The notes under the pieces are model-generated. The model searched no databases. It saw only the letters and a program-made list of their open reading frames with translations, and was not told the DNA's origin. Position numbers and translations under genes: made by a program. 64,000 nt of DNA from positions 64,001 to 128,000 of the IMG/VR virus record IMGVR_UViG_3300042569_003487. One strand, written 5' to 3'. The DNA comes from a virus. This document shows, in pieces, positions 26,601-38,400 of this stretch (the stretch's first letter is position 1; every line of letters starts with the position of its first letter).

Positions 26601-27638
26601 TTACTGGAAGCTTTGATAGAAACCTCCACCGCTTGACATTCCACCACCGCCAGAATAACCACCTGAATAGTAAGTTTCACCACCAGAATAAGTAAAGGTT
26701 GAACTTGTAATTGGTGCAGTATAACTAAATACTAGATCAATTTCGGTAATCGTTTGATTTGATAATGCAGGGGTTGGGTTTGTACCTGATCCAATTAGTT
26801 CTTGATTAAATGGTATGCTTGTACTTTGTGAGCCGGTCGTCGGAGACTTTAACTGCCAATAAGAGAAAGAATAACCAGAAGGAAGCGACGAAGAAACTGA
26901 TACGTTAACATTTTGATTACTACTAAATGATCTAATAATTTGATTAGAGTTTCCAGATTGAGGAATACCTGCAAAACCATTTGATGTAATTGTAATGTAT
27001 GAAGATAGAGTACTTGATGAAATTGATGCTCCAGTTGTTCTAATTAAATTTACTTTAAAAATACCTCCATAAAAAGTTGCAGCAGTCGCAGATGCACCAA
27101 CGGCAGGGGCATAATTTGCAGAAATAATTCTCCAAGTATAAGTTTGAGGAGTAGCTAATCCTCTAGATGTACGTTGACACTGAACGGTTACCGAGTTAAT
27201 TGGAAGGTTTGCAACAGTTGTAATAGCAGCACTAGTTAAAGGAAGAGCCGATAAATTTATTACAGTTGTATCAGTATTACCTGATGTAAACTTAACTTCG
27301 ATTGGCGAACTTTTTTGATTAACTAAAACATAGGTCCTGTGCAAAACTTCTGCAGTAGGCGACGGTAGAACCATGCTAGTAATTGCGCTAGTCGATCCAG
27401 CGTATACAGCATAGTGTCCATTATTTAGTTCTAATGCTCCACTCTTGTCACTTCCAAAATAGGCGACCGACGGCAAACTTAATGATCCATTAAGCATAAA
27501 GTGTGAAGTTGGATTAGAAAGAACTGCATCCATGGTTGCATCTTCATAATAATTAAACTTACCAGCTGCCATTCTACCATCACGAGTAACGGTAAATTTA
27601 ATAGCTTTTAGTACGTTAGATAGACTTAATGTTTTCAT
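26601..27638 (-). CDS. Probable virion structural protein, Ser/Thr-rich, Gly/Tyr-rich C-terminal tail
   Basis: Operon context and beta-rich composition. Ends YSGGETYYSGGYSGGGGMSSGGGFYQSFQ. Confidence 0.6.
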   Translation of the reverse strand: MKTLSLSNVLKAIKFTVTRDGRMAAGKFNYYEDATMDAVLSNPTSHFMLNGSLSLPSVAYFGSDKSGALELNNGHYAVYAGSTSAITSMVLPSPTAEVLHRTYVLVNQKSSPIEVKFTSGNTDTTVINLSALPLTSAAITTVANLPINSVTVQCQRTSRGLATPQTYTWRIISANYAPAVGASATAATFYGGIFKVNLIRTTGASISSSTLSSYITITSNGFAGIPQSGNSNQIIRSFSSNQNVNVSVSSSLPSGYSFSYWQLKSPTTGSQSTSIPFNQELIGSGTNPTPALSNQTITEIDLVFSYTAPITSSTFTYSGGETYYSGGYSGGGGMSSGGGFYQSFQ

Positions 27639-27652
27639 TTGTTATGTGTATT

Positions 27653-29290
27653 TTATACTGACTCATTTAAATTTGTTGATGCTAAAGTTCCTACAAAGTC
27701 AACTAAAGCAGGATCGCTTGAATATGATAAGAAATGTAAACTACCATCTCTTGTTGTAATAAATGCAGATCCAGTTCCAATTGTTCCAGTTGGATTATCA
27801 TCGCGGTATGTAAAGTTCATATTACCATTATCATCAAAATAAGAATTAAATCCAACATAGCTTGCAAGTTGTGAGGCAATTGCAACATTAGCTGGAATAA
27901 GTTCGCCTTGACCGGTCAATAGAGTTTTGCGTGGCTTAAATAATTCAGTAAGACCAGAACCAGATGTAGGCAAACTGTTTTTTGTCATTGAACCAATATT
28001 AACTTGGTCAGCTAAATACCTAGTATCAGAAACACTATCAGTTGTACTCTTGGTTCCATATACAGTAACTGATGAATTTGGTGATCCACCAAAACCTACT
28101 GCAGTTGTTTTATCATTTAGGCCAAATCTTTTCGCAACAACCTTTTTAGTATCATTAAGTGTTGATCCAAATACTCCAATTGAAATATCACCAGATGCGC
28201 AAATATCAAATGCAGCCTTTGTAATAAGGTATGATATGTTTGAAGAATTTATACCTAGAGCTAATCTAGTCTTTGATGAAGCAGTTGCTCTTTCAATTAA
28301 TAATCCATTTAGATCAAATGTTGCATCATTATCAGCAAAGCTCTTAATTGCAGAAGAACCTCCAGTATAAAGAGTAACTCCATTATGTGCAGAACCATCC
28401 ATTTGAGATGCCCTAAACTTAAACGCTGAGGTTGCACCATTTACTGAATTTGTATATGAAGAATCTCCACCTGCATTAAATTCAGATAGGAAGTATGCAA
28501 CCGAAGGACTTGCTGTTGTGTTATTAATTAGAGCGTGCTTAATTCTAAGGTTATTTTCGGCAGCACTCATTTGATGTTGACCGTTTGGCAATTTATACAA
28601 AGATCCAAGTTGAATGTGGTATCTACTTGCAGATTCATCGGAAGTTGTTACAAAGTTAGAATAAATTGTAGTAATTGCTTTGCTAACATCTCCAATAAGA
28701 GCGTCGACACTGCTATTTGCAACAAAATTATTTTTGTAAACGTCTAAATCGAAGTTATTTAAAAATAAAGTTGAATTAGTATAAGTAGAAGAAGAACTTC
28801 CATAATTAATTCCGTCTGGGTTAACGTCGGCTAAGTCTGCACCAGCATTTTTAAGAAATCTAACAATTCCATAGTTCTTTTTCTTGGTGCTTGCAGTAAA
28901 GTTTGAGTCATTGTCACTAATTGTAAATAATTGCTTATTTAAGAAAAATTCAGTAGAGACTGCTAATAGGTCATTTATATTAAATATTTGTGACCAGGCA
29001 TTAGTAGTTTTTGTGTAGAATTTACCGCCAGTTGTAATAAAAATATCGTCGACTACCGCTGTAGTATTTGTGGTTTGATCGGCTCCACTAAATATTCTAG
29101 AACCCTTTACTCCCCTAGGTCCGATTGGGCCAGCTGGGCCAACTCCACCGGTTGCTCCGGCAGGACCGCTTGGACCGACTGCGCCTATTCCAAGCTCAAT
29201 TAACTTCGTAAAGTTAAAATTTAGTTTGTCTGCCAATACGGCTTGGTTATCTGTTGTAAAAACCTCTTTAAGATTTAATTGTACTGGCAT
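27653..29290 (-). CDS. Fibre/baseplate protein with short collagen-like (G-X-Y)n segment
   Basis: DKLNFNF N-terminal motif. GAVGPSGPAGATGGVGPAGPIGPRGVKG at about 29102-29185. Confidence 0.7.
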   Translation of the reverse strand: MPVQLNLKEVFTTDNQAVLADKLNFNFTKLIELGIGAVGPSGPAGATGGVGPAGPIGPRGVKGSRIFSGADQTTNTTAVVDDIFITTGGKFYTKTTNAWSQIFNINDLLAVSTEFFLNKQLFTISDNDSNFTASTKKKNYGIVRFLKNAGADLADVNPDGINYGSSSSTYTNSTLFLNNFDLDVYKNNFVANSSVDALIGDVSKAITTIYSNFVTTSDESASRYHIQLGSLYKLPNGQHQMSAAENNLRIKHALINNTTASPSVAYFLSEFNAGGDSSYTNSVNGATSAFKFRASQMDGSAHNGVTLYTGGSSAIKSFADNDATFDLNGLLIERATASSKTRLALGINSSNISYLITKAAFDICASGDISIGVFGSTLNDTKKVVAKRFGLNDKTTAVGFGGSPNSSVTVYGTKSTTDSVSDTRYLADQVNIGSMTKNSLPTSGSGLTELFKPRKTLLTGQGELIPANVAIASQLASYVGFNSYFDDNGNMNFTYRDDNPTGTIGTGSAFITTRDGSLHFLSYSSDPALVDFVGTLASTNLNESV

Positions 29291-29292
29291 TT

Positions 29293-32200
29293 TTAAATAA
29301 ATTTCATTTTTGGTTCAATAATTAAACTCAACTTACCGGTCGTTTTTAGAGGAACTCTTAACTGAACGGCTAGTCCGTTTTTAATATTTATTTGAACTCC
29401 TTCCAGCTTCTTATATCCTAACGCGTAGCGTTCGGCAGCAGTCTTAGTAACTATTTCTAGACCAGTAGGCTTGCCTTTATCTTCTACATACCAAATAGCT
29501 AATTGGTCTATTGCATAGGTTGGAAGAATATTTTCGATTGCATATTGTTTAACATATGAGGTAAAATCATAGGCACCTAATAATTCTGGGTTTCTAACAG
29601 TTGGGTCAATGTTAAAACTAGATAAAATTTTAGCTTCTAACCCAAGATCCATTACCTTTTTAGTAAAGACATTTGTTAAATTTATATCAAGTTGAGCATC
29701 CGTTGTATTTACTTTATACAAAACGTCAAAGTCTCTATTAATGTAATCAGTTGAAATTGAAGGAAACTCGGTAACTTCCTTTGAAGTAACTGTGTCTATC
29801 TCAATTGAAGTTGGTAATGAAGCAAGTTTTGCCATGAAATATGAGTCTTCTGCAATTCGTCTGGTACCAAATGCTGGAACAGATTCAGTTTTATTAATAT
29901 ATTCTAAATGGAATCCATAATCCCAGTTTGATGCCAATAAGTATAGATCTCCGCTTGAAATTGGGGTTTCCCCAATTAACTCAAACATTGGTTTATATTT
30001 GTCATTACCTTCAAGTTCCAAAATCTTCTTTTCTGAAACTTTAATATGTTCAAATCCTTTAACTTCAAAAAATCGGTTTGCAATTGGATTAAATTTACAA
30101 TTAGCGTCCTTAACCTCTTCTGAATTCAAGGTCGTATCTGGCATAAACGCGGTAATTTCTCTAAATATTGGAGAGTATGTCGATCCATGTCTTCTTAAAT
30201 ATATTGGATTTTGTAAATAGGACTCAGTTGCAGTATACCCAACTAAATTAGAAGCCTGTCTTTTACTTGTAGTATCAGCTTGTGTCAATTGAATATTAAC
30301 TGGAGAAACGGTTGGAATCTTTAATTTTTCAACAATAGTTGCTTCTTCTAACTCAATATAAAATTCATTTGTACTTACAGTTCCATTAGAATATGTAGTA
30401 TATGTAATGTTGGAACGGCTTCTTTCAATTGATCGCTTAAAGTCATTAAAACTTAGTCTTTTAAATAAGCCCTTATAATAAGAGTCGCCGCCTAATAAGA
30501 ACGCAAAATTAATTGATTCCCAATGGCTTGTATCTAAAGAAGGAATAGTAGACTCTCTCTTAATAATTTTATCAATGTTAAATGTAGTAGTTCCAGCTGA
30601 AGTTTTTGAAACAGGTAAGCCAGTAAATAGCATTTCCCCTATTCCAGCATTAGATGACATAACTATTCCATTTGGTAAGATTTCAGAAATGCCCGAGTAG
30701 TTATCTAGCCTATAGATAACTTGATCAATTATTCTAAGTAATCTTTTATTAGTATCTCCGGCATAAGGCAAAATATTAAATGTTGAATTTGTTTCGGATG
30801 CCAATAGCTGAGCGTTTGGATAAGTATATCCAGTTGCACCAGTTGAAGTATTCTTCAATTCTAAGATATCGATAACGTTTATTAGAGAAGAACTTGCAGA
30901 GGCTACTCTATTTTGAGTTGCAATCGCATGTTTAATTTCAGCTTGATAAAAATCTGCTGATGCAGCCGCTGCCTTTTGGAAAAATTTAATACCTACTGGA
31001 GAAGATGTTACTGTTGCATTAGCGGAAAGAGTTATCTTTGGCCTGGTTTGGCCGTTTGTATCAAGAACAGTATTATCAACTGCAACGATGTACGCCCCAG
31101 CTGGAATACCTGTACCTGTTACATAAACCTTATTGGATGCGTTGTAGTTTTGACCAGATGGATCTCCATATGAGGTCACATCTAAATTTATTCCGTCTAA
31201 TAAGTAAATATCTGGGCTACCCGAAGTTAATTCAGCAACTTGATTTTGCTTAGCAATATTGGATAAAATTGGTTTACTTATTGTTAAGGTAGTTCCACTA
31301 ATTGCAGTAACGGTTGTACCAAATTGAGTCCATCCGGTAATTCCAACCTCTGCTCCAATTAAAATTGGAGTTGCTGGAGTTGCGCTTAGTATAATGGTAG
31401 AAGAACCTGCTTCAACACTTGCTGTAAGAGGAGTTGGTGTAACGGCGCTTCCGGTTATAGCGATTTGATTAACAAACGAATACTTAATACTATTAGAAGT
31501 AACTAAACGATCTTTAATAAATGGATATAAACTTAAACCTGATGCCAAGTAGGAATTATTCTCAGTGGTGGTAATACCTTGGCTAGTTCCACCTGGGAGA
31601 GTAACTATATTAATTGCTTGACCCTGTCCGTTTGATCCTAATCCATTTGCGTCAATAGGGAATTCAATTGTATAATAATCAAATGCGGCTGTACCAAACA
31701 CTTTAGTTGAAGTGTTATCTTTAAATGATAACATACTGTTTTCATTAACTCGACTAATTTCATCTACGATTTGAATATCTGTGCCCTTATCGATTGAAAA
31801 TATAAATGGAAGACCTCTATCTCCATAATTAGTAGGTAATGATAGGTCAAAACTATTTACTAGATTTATACTACTAAAGCTGGCCGGTAAAGTATTATAC
31901 TTTTTGTTTTTAGCATAATACATAAATGCAAGGGTAATATCAGAAATTGGTTTATTTCCAGCTGGAGTAGGTGCTGAATTTATATTAATTTTGTAATCAG
32001 CAAAAGAGTTGTTTATATTATTAAATACATGGTCTTCGGTTGGAGCAAGTCCGCCCGTTTTAGTTACAATTAGGCTTTTAGGAGAATCGACTAAGCTAGA
32101 AACTTTTTTGTTTAATCTTAATTCAATTACCAATGTAATAAATTTAAAATCTCTAGATTCAATAAATTTAAATTGAATTGGGTTTTCTCCAGAATATGGA

Positions 32201-35200
32201 GTATCTTCAATTACCTTTAATATTGAAGTAAATCTATAGTCATTAAATCTATTTGATTCCCGAACATATTTAAGTGCACCAGACAGTTCCTTTTCTGTAG
32301 TATTTGGAACAACTTCTTTAAAAACAAATTTAATTCCTTTAAAAATAGTTTTAGCAAGTCCAGTCAATTTATCCTTTTTAACTTGAGAAAAACGATATTG
32401 TGTTCTGGCACAAGGAGTTAATACTGAATTATTTAAATAACTTGGAGTAAAAATAAAATAATCTTCAAAATATCCTTCTTGTGTTACTGCTAATGTTGGA
32501 TCAAATGGCGTATCAAAATATAATTTATTTTGAGAGGCGGCTGTTATGTCATGAACATAGTCATATAGTGATTCAATATAAAACCACTCATGTGTCATTA
32601 AACTTGAATCTGGTTCAGCCTTATTTGGTTCAGGCGAAAAATTATTTACACCAAATACTGTGTCAGCATTAAGTCGATATGGATTTGATCTAGAATCAAG
32701 TGAACCGTCTGCACCCCATTTACAAATGTATTTAACTAGACGGTTTTTTCCAGCGTTTTCCAATAAGAATCTTTCATAGTTGGAATCGTATTCAGATGAG
32801 ATTTTTCCACTAGTAAATCTATCTCGATAAATATATGCGTTTGTCTTAGTTGGACTCAATTCAGCATAATCAGATGTGATTGTAAAAAATCCTTTAAAAT
32901 CTAGAATATCTGGATTTTCCTCAGCCAACTCTACGTCATAGGTTGGAGTTAATGTAGATAAAGCTGGAATAACAAATGGATCGCCAGTTATTTTCGAAAA
33001 ACTAACAATGGTTGAAGTAGAGGTTTTTTCAATTAGATCACCGTCTTCATATACAGTTGATCCAATTTTAATAGTTCCATTTAGAACTCTATACGCAGAC
33101 TTTCCTAGATTAATCATATTTACACCCTCTGGTATAAATGCAGATTTCCAAACATCGCTTAATTGAACTGATGCATATTGACTATCAATGTGATCAAAGT
33201 CAAAGTCTTTAATTGGTATAATTGATAGAGCACTTACGTTAGGTTTAAACTTCTTTTTAAATTGGACTAATCCAAACTTTAATAAGGCTTCTGTGCCGGC
33301 TTCCGTTAAAATGTTTATATTATTGTCGTAATAATTAACTGCAAATATTTTATCAACCTCAGTGGTAAATGTATTTTCACTAACATAGTCGATGCTTTTT
33401 ACAATATTTTCTATTTCAACCCAACCTGATGGAGATTGAACTAAGATATCGGCTTTGTTTGCATGTAATTTTTCAAAATATTGTCCATCTACTGAAATAT
33501 GAGAAGATAAAGCTGAACCTGGCTCAAAATTTACAACCGGACAACCAATAACAATAGTTTGATCTAAATTACCGATGCCAAACGTTAATGTTTTAACTCC
33601 AGCGTCAGCGATTAAAGAACCTAACACATAATTAGTTTGGTTAACACTTGGCTGAGCTTCACCATAAACAATATAATCGCTTGCAGTTAGGTCGATTGTT
33701 GTACTATTATTTGTTCCTAATAACTCGGCAGCAGTTTTTCTAAATTCTGGAGAATCTGATATTAAAATCTTTGGCTCATCCGTTGATGGAATATATTGAG
33801 CAGCATATTCTAGAGAAACATTACCTTCAGTATTTACAACAATAAAAACTCTATTGTCTTGTGAGTATGCCTTAAATCCACTGTTTTGGATAGCATTAAT
33901 TGCTAAAGTTAAAGATTCTGCAATTTGATGTAAATTAGTTTCTAAATCCTCTTGTGAAACTACGTCAACACTATAGAAAAATTGATCTGGACCAAACTCG
34001 TTATAGACTGCAAGTGCATCTAAAACTGGAGAACCTCCATAAGAGAATCCTGAAACCGCACTAAGCGTTTCATATCTTTTAGAATTTTGGTTTGTTGATT
34101 TTCCATTAGGATAATATATTCTAATTTGATCTAGATGGTTTGGTATATCGTTAATAGTAATTTCAATAAATGAACGAATTCCGCCCTTAGTGTAGTCGGC
34201 CGAATCTTCCATAAAAGTCTCAGTCGGTCCATGTAATAGAGATAAGTCAATAGATTTACTTGAAATCTTTAATTTAGAATTTGCAATATCTACTTGTGAA
34301 ATTTTATGTAAATTTCCAGACTTATCTTCAATTGAAAGAATACCGGCTCCGCCTAATTCAGTTAATGCAGCAGAAACTGATTGTGGAATAGAATGAAATT
34401 TTAGGTCTAACCCAGCAGAGTTAGTTTGAATAAATTGAAGTTGAGCATATTCATAAGCATTTGGATTAGTTATACCTGGAGTATTTAATCCCAATGCCGC
34501 ATGATCACTTAAATCAAAGTCTAATTCAGCTAAATCGACAGTATTACAATACATTCCAAAATATCTGTTAAATTCAAAGTCATCTGAAGAATCTTCAAAT
34601 AAAAACTCTAAATTTAAAATATATGGATAAATTATTGAATTCCTTTCATATCCAAGAGTTACGTATTCTTCAAAATCAGTAAGGGTTTTTCCTCCAATAA
34701 TTAATTCTTGTAAATTCTCAAACTTTTCAGTATAACATCCAACTTTATATGCTATACCTGAATAAGAAGACAATAATCCTCGGTTAAATGGAAAATTTAA
34801 AGTATTTTCTGGAAAAAGCTGATTACTCTGCATTTTTTTAATATACTTTCCTATGTTAGAATCTACTCCAAGATCAAAGGTTTTAATAATCTGCGCTGTA
34901 TTTAATAAACTTGCAAGGTGCGTAGTTTTATTATATGGATAGCTATCTTTTGTTTCGGAGATTGGCAAATTACTTGCACCAGGTATTTTAAATATTACAA
35001 ATTTTTCTGGAATTTCTTTATTTAGATAAATTGGTGCAAAGTATTTAAATTTCTCAGAATAATTTTTAGAAATGCAATATCTTGCACCAGAAAAATATTC
35101 AGAAAAATCGTATTGGTCTGCAAAATTAGCAGATGTTGCATTTAATGAAACATTGGTTTTTACATCAAACACAATAGACTCTGGTGTATTACCATTACTA

Positions 35201-35418
35201 AAAAATCTATATAAGTTCGAATCATGATGAGAAGTTGGGTCAATTGGATAAGCTTTATACTTATCTTTAGCCAATTCCGTATTTGCATCAATTGATTCAA
35301 AAAATAAATTTTGACCAGAATCTATTACTAACTTAACATTTCCGGTAAGTTTAGGGTTTGTTCTGACCAATCCAAATGATGTGTCAAAGGGTGTAATCTT
35401 TTTATAAGATAATGCCAC
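29293..35418 (-). CDS. Large probable baseplate/tail structural protein (2041 aa, GTG start)
   Basis: Operon context. Internal fibre-like repeats (VTGTGIPAGAYIVAV..ITLSANAT) near 31.0-31.4 kb. Specific function not recognised. Confidence 0.6.
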   Translation of the reverse strand: MALSYKKITPFDTSFGLVRTNPKLTGNVKLVIDSGQNLFFESIDANTELAKDKYKAYPIDPTSHHDSNLYRFFSNGNTPESIVFDVKTNVSLNATSANFADQYDFSEYFSGARYCISKNYSEKFKYFAPIYLNKEIPEKFVIFKIPGASNLPISETKDSYPYNKTTHLASLLNTAQIIKTFDLGVDSNIGKYIKKMQSNQLFPENTLNFPFNRGLLSSYSGIAYKVGCYTEKFENLQELIIGGKTLTDFEEYVTLGYERNSIIYPYILNLEFLFEDSSDDFEFNRYFGMYCNTVDLAELDFDLSDHAALGLNTPGITNPNAYEYAQLQFIQTNSAGLDLKFHSIPQSVSAALTELGGAGILSIEDKSGNLHKISQVDIANSKLKISSKSIDLSLLHGPTETFMEDSADYTKGGIRSFIEITINDIPNHLDQIRIYYPNGKSTNQNSKRYETLSAVSGFSYGGSPVLDALAVYNEFGPDQFFYSVDVVSQEDLETNLHQIAESLTLAINAIQNSGFKAYSQDNRVFIVVNTEGNVSLEYAAQYIPSTDEPKILISDSPEFRKTAAELLGTNNSTTIDLTASDYIVYGEAQPSVNQTNYVLGSLIADAGVKTLTFGIGNLDQTIVIGCPVVNFEPGSALSSHISVDGQYFEKLHANKADILVQSPSGWVEIENIVKSIDYVSENTFTTEVDKIFAVNYYDNNINILTEAGTEALLKFGLVQFKKKFKPNVSALSIIPIKDFDFDHIDSQYASVQLSDVWKSAFIPEGVNMINLGKSAYRVLNGTIKIGSTVYEDGDLIEKTSTSTIVSFSKITGDPFVIPALSTLTPTYDVELAEENPDILDFKGFFTITSDYAELSPTKTNAYIYRDRFTSGKISSEYDSNYERFLLENAGKNRLVKYICKWGADGSLDSRSNPYRLNADTVFGVNNFSPEPNKAEPDSSLMTHEWFYIESLYDYVHDITAASQNKLYFDTPFDPTLAVTQEGYFEDYFIFTPSYLNNSVLTPCARTQYRFSQVKKDKLTGLAKTIFKGIKFVFKEVVPNTTEKELSGALKYVRESNRFNDYRFTSILKVIEDTPYSGENPIQFKFIESRDFKFITLVIELRLNKKVSSLVDSPKSLIVTKTGGLAPTEDHVFNNINNSFADYKININSAPTPAGNKPISDITLAFMYYAKNKKYNTLPASFSSINLVNSFDLSLPTNYGDRGLPFIFSIDKGTDIQIVDEISRVNENSMLSFKDNTSTKVFGTAAFDYYTIEFPIDANGLGSNGQGQAINIVTLPGGTSQGITTTENNSYLASGLSLYPFIKDRLVTSNSIKYSFVNQIAITGSAVTPTPLTASVEAGSSTIILSATPATPILIGAEVGITGWTQFGTTVTAISGTTLTISKPILSNIAKQNQVAELTSGSPDIYLLDGINLDVTSYGDPSGQNYNASNKVYVTGTGIPAGAYIVAVDNTVLDTNGQTRPKITLSANATVTSSPVGIKFFQKAAAASADFYQAEIKHAIATQNRVASASSSLINVIDILELKNTSTGATGYTYPNAQLLASETNSTFNILPYAGDTNKRLLRIIDQVIYRLDNYSGISEILPNGIVMSSNAGIGEMLFTGLPVSKTSAGTTTFNIDKIIKRESTIPSLDTSHWESINFAFLLGGDSYYKGLFKRLSFNDFKRSIERSRSNITYTTYSNGTVSTNEFYIELEEATIVEKLKIPTVSPVNIQLTQADTTSKRQASNLVGYTATESYLQNPIYLRRHGSTYSPIFREITAFMPDTTLNSEEVKDANCKFNPIANRFFEVKGFEHIKVSEKKILELEGNDKYKPMFELIGETPISSGDLYLLASNWDYGFHLEYINKTESVPAFGTRRIAEDSYFMAKLASLPTSIEIDTVTSKEVTEFPSISTDYINRDFDVLYKVNTTDAQLDINLTNVFTKKVMDLGLEAKILSSFNIDPTVRNPELLGAYDFTSYVKQYAIENILPTYAIDQLAIWYVEDKGKPTGLEIVTKTAAERYALGYKKLEGVQINIKNGLAVQLRVPLKTTGKLSLIIEPKMKFI

Positions 35419-35440
35419 GTGATTCTACTTAATTTTTATA

Positions 35441-38400
35441 TTACATAAAATTAGTGATAGAAGAATTCATGGATAAATCAAATGCTGAGTTTTTAAGAAT
35501 ATCAGTTAAATCTGATATGTAAACTCCGCCACCGCCTCCGCCACCAGATGAAACTGGCGTAAATATAGTTGGCGATGTAATAATTGTATCACGCTGATGC
35601 TTACCACTAACTTGAATATCAAATTCAAACAATCCACTTTTTGTGTAAATGTCCAATCCGATAATTTTTGTATATGTAATGTTGGTTAATTTTTGACCGG
35701 TTGACCAGCCTCCAATTTCACCGATTTTATCAGTTGTTCTAAATTGAAAAACTACTGGCACTGTTATTGAAGCAGCCGATCCAGCCATAACTGTACGTTT
35801 AGATGATCTAGCGTTTGAACCATCTACTGAAATTGATGCATAAGATTGTGGCATCATAAACAAATATGCACCACAGGTCTTTTTACCAATTAAGTAATCA
35901 TCGCCAGTACCAAATCCCAACTTAATTGGAAAAGTATTTAGGGCAGTATATAGCGCTCCGCCATATGCAGATGGCGAAACTGGTGTAACTCTTTCCGCTT
36001 GAGCATAATATGGTACGCCAAATTCGTTTGTTCCAGCTTCGACGCTTGTATTAAAGTGAATAGCTTGAGAAAACGGTAAATACTTTTGAGCAGTACTTGT
36101 TATAGTATTATTAGAAAATTCGTAAATAGAATTTGTAGTTAATCCTAAGAAAATATTGTTAATTGTTGCAGTAGACGGAGATGCAACTGTACCTAATACA
36201 GAAAAATACGGGTGGTCTTTATGAATACAAAACTCAGTATAGGTTCCATTTCCTTGACCTACACCATTTGTTACGGAACCGTTCCAAACTTCAATTGCAG
36301 ATCCTCCAGATGGAATTGATGGTAAGTAGTGTCCTCCCATATAATTAGGCTTTCCAGAAACTGCGTTTGCTGATTGACTAAACGCATAGTTTTGGTTTGT
36401 AAAATATGAAGAAGGATTGGTGTTAGATCCAAATGCTGATGTATCTAATAGGTCACCATAATACAATCTCTTTCCATTATCTGAGTTATAATATCTAGCA
36501 TAGACGTATTGGCTTTTTACTTGAGCAGATTGATATCCTGTTCTTTGAGTAAATGCCGCAAATCCTGCGCTAGCAACTCCATTTAAGTTTAATGGAATCT
36601 TATCATATCTTAGATATGCATTGTATTGAGTATCTGTGTTTGCTCCTGGGAAAGAAGTTGGTGCAGCAACTCCAATACCTCCACCTAGAGTTGAAACTAG
36701 TTCAAGTGGAGTTTGTGAAGCATTTCTAATCTTTACTTGATATTCCTTTGATACAATTTTTCCCTTATCTAATGCGCCATCTGCTAATTTAGCAGAGTCT
36801 ACATAATATCCGGCGAATAGATCAACCATTTGACCATTTGTAACCTGAACTTCACTTCCTTCTGGTGTAACAATACTAACAATAAGTTCAGCAGTTGCAG
36901 TTGAAAGAGATGATTGAATTGCAGAAAGAGAATCAGCAATTTCCTTTAATTTATCATATAAAGAAATTGCAGTACCGTCTGCTAAGAAAAATCCAGATGC
37001 AATTGCATCAGTTGTATGTGAATAGTATTTGTCTTTACTACTAAACGCGGTTGATAGGTGAAGGTCTAACCCTCTAGCATTAAGTTCTTCTTGTAAAGCA
37101 ATTCGACTTTCATCTGCCATTGCCTGTTGAGCAATCAAAGTATTTTCTTCAGACGATTGAATATTTGCTGGAAAATCTATAGTAATAGATTCTGACCAAT
37201 CCGATTCAACTGGATTATCAGGAAAACCTGCTTCAGATAAAGATTTAATTTTAATTTCTACAGATTCCCCTTTTCTAATTGCAATTTCTAATTGGTTAAT
37301 GTTAACCGAATTTGGATCAGCTACATTTTCCTCTGTCCATTCATATAGGCCAGTTGTTGAATTATAAACCTTTTGTTTAGATTTAGTTAAAACTTCTGTC
37401 CATGGAGAAAAATATCCAGTACGTTGAGTTCCAGTAGAATCAGTAAATGTAATAGGATCAGCTGCGGATGCATCTTTATTTGAACTTAAATATCGGTAAG
37501 CAATCTTAAACTGCACAGTTTTCTGTAAGCCATATGGCGAATTAATATCTGCTGGAATTTCCCAAAAACCTCTAACTCTATATTTAGGTGAAATGCTAAA
37601 CTCAGGAGAAGTTTTTACATTTAATGAAAGTTCTTTAACTACAGTTGATAGCTGAGAAAAGGCTTGTGCTCTAGCTGAAGTTTTATTGTTTAAATCAGAC
37701 TGAGCTTTTAAACGAATTGCATCGTTTTGGTTACCCGAAGAATTAATAGTTTTCTTAAGAGTATCAATCGATTTATCAAGCTCTCTTAGATTAGAGTTAA
37801 TTGACTCTTTTTGCGAAACTAGATTTTTAACAGTTGATGCAGAATCAGTATTTGTTACATGAGAATCAATTTGTAAAACTTTAAAATTTTCAGCATTTAA
37901 TGCTGGGGCATTCGGTTGAAATCCTAATGAGTTAGGAAGTTTCTTTTCTTTAGCAAATGATAAAAATAGTAAACCAAAATCTGCTACAAAGTTATTATAG
38001 TATTCGTTTAGGGTTAAGTTTTGACCAGTTTGTAGAGTAATTTGAAGTTCATTTGTATAAATTCCAAAACCACTAGAAATAAAATCTACAGTTAAGTCCA
38101 TTTTTGAACTAATTGGTTTGATGAAAATTACTTCTCTTTCATTATAACCAATATTTACTGCAAGAATAGGTGAACGGTATATTTCCGGTTTAATTCTTAG
38201 GTTTTCAAATAAAACAATACCATCTGAACCAAATACGCGTTTTAAAATAACTGACTTGTCTTTAGTATCAACTGATTCAACTAAATATTCTGAATTTTCT
38301 TCAGTAATTAATCTTGAGCCAACTGATAATTCTCGGCGCTGTGCCGCTGGAGTAGATCCAGTAACATCAGTATAGTCTAATCTATCTAAAACATACTTTA

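Noticed and set aside
26600-26683. N-terminal extension of the nucleotidyltransferase ORF (and likewise 2874..3023 of the 95-aa ORF)
   Set aside because: They overlap the upstream gene ends. The internal ATGs at 26599 and 2873 fit the recurrent TAATATG junction.
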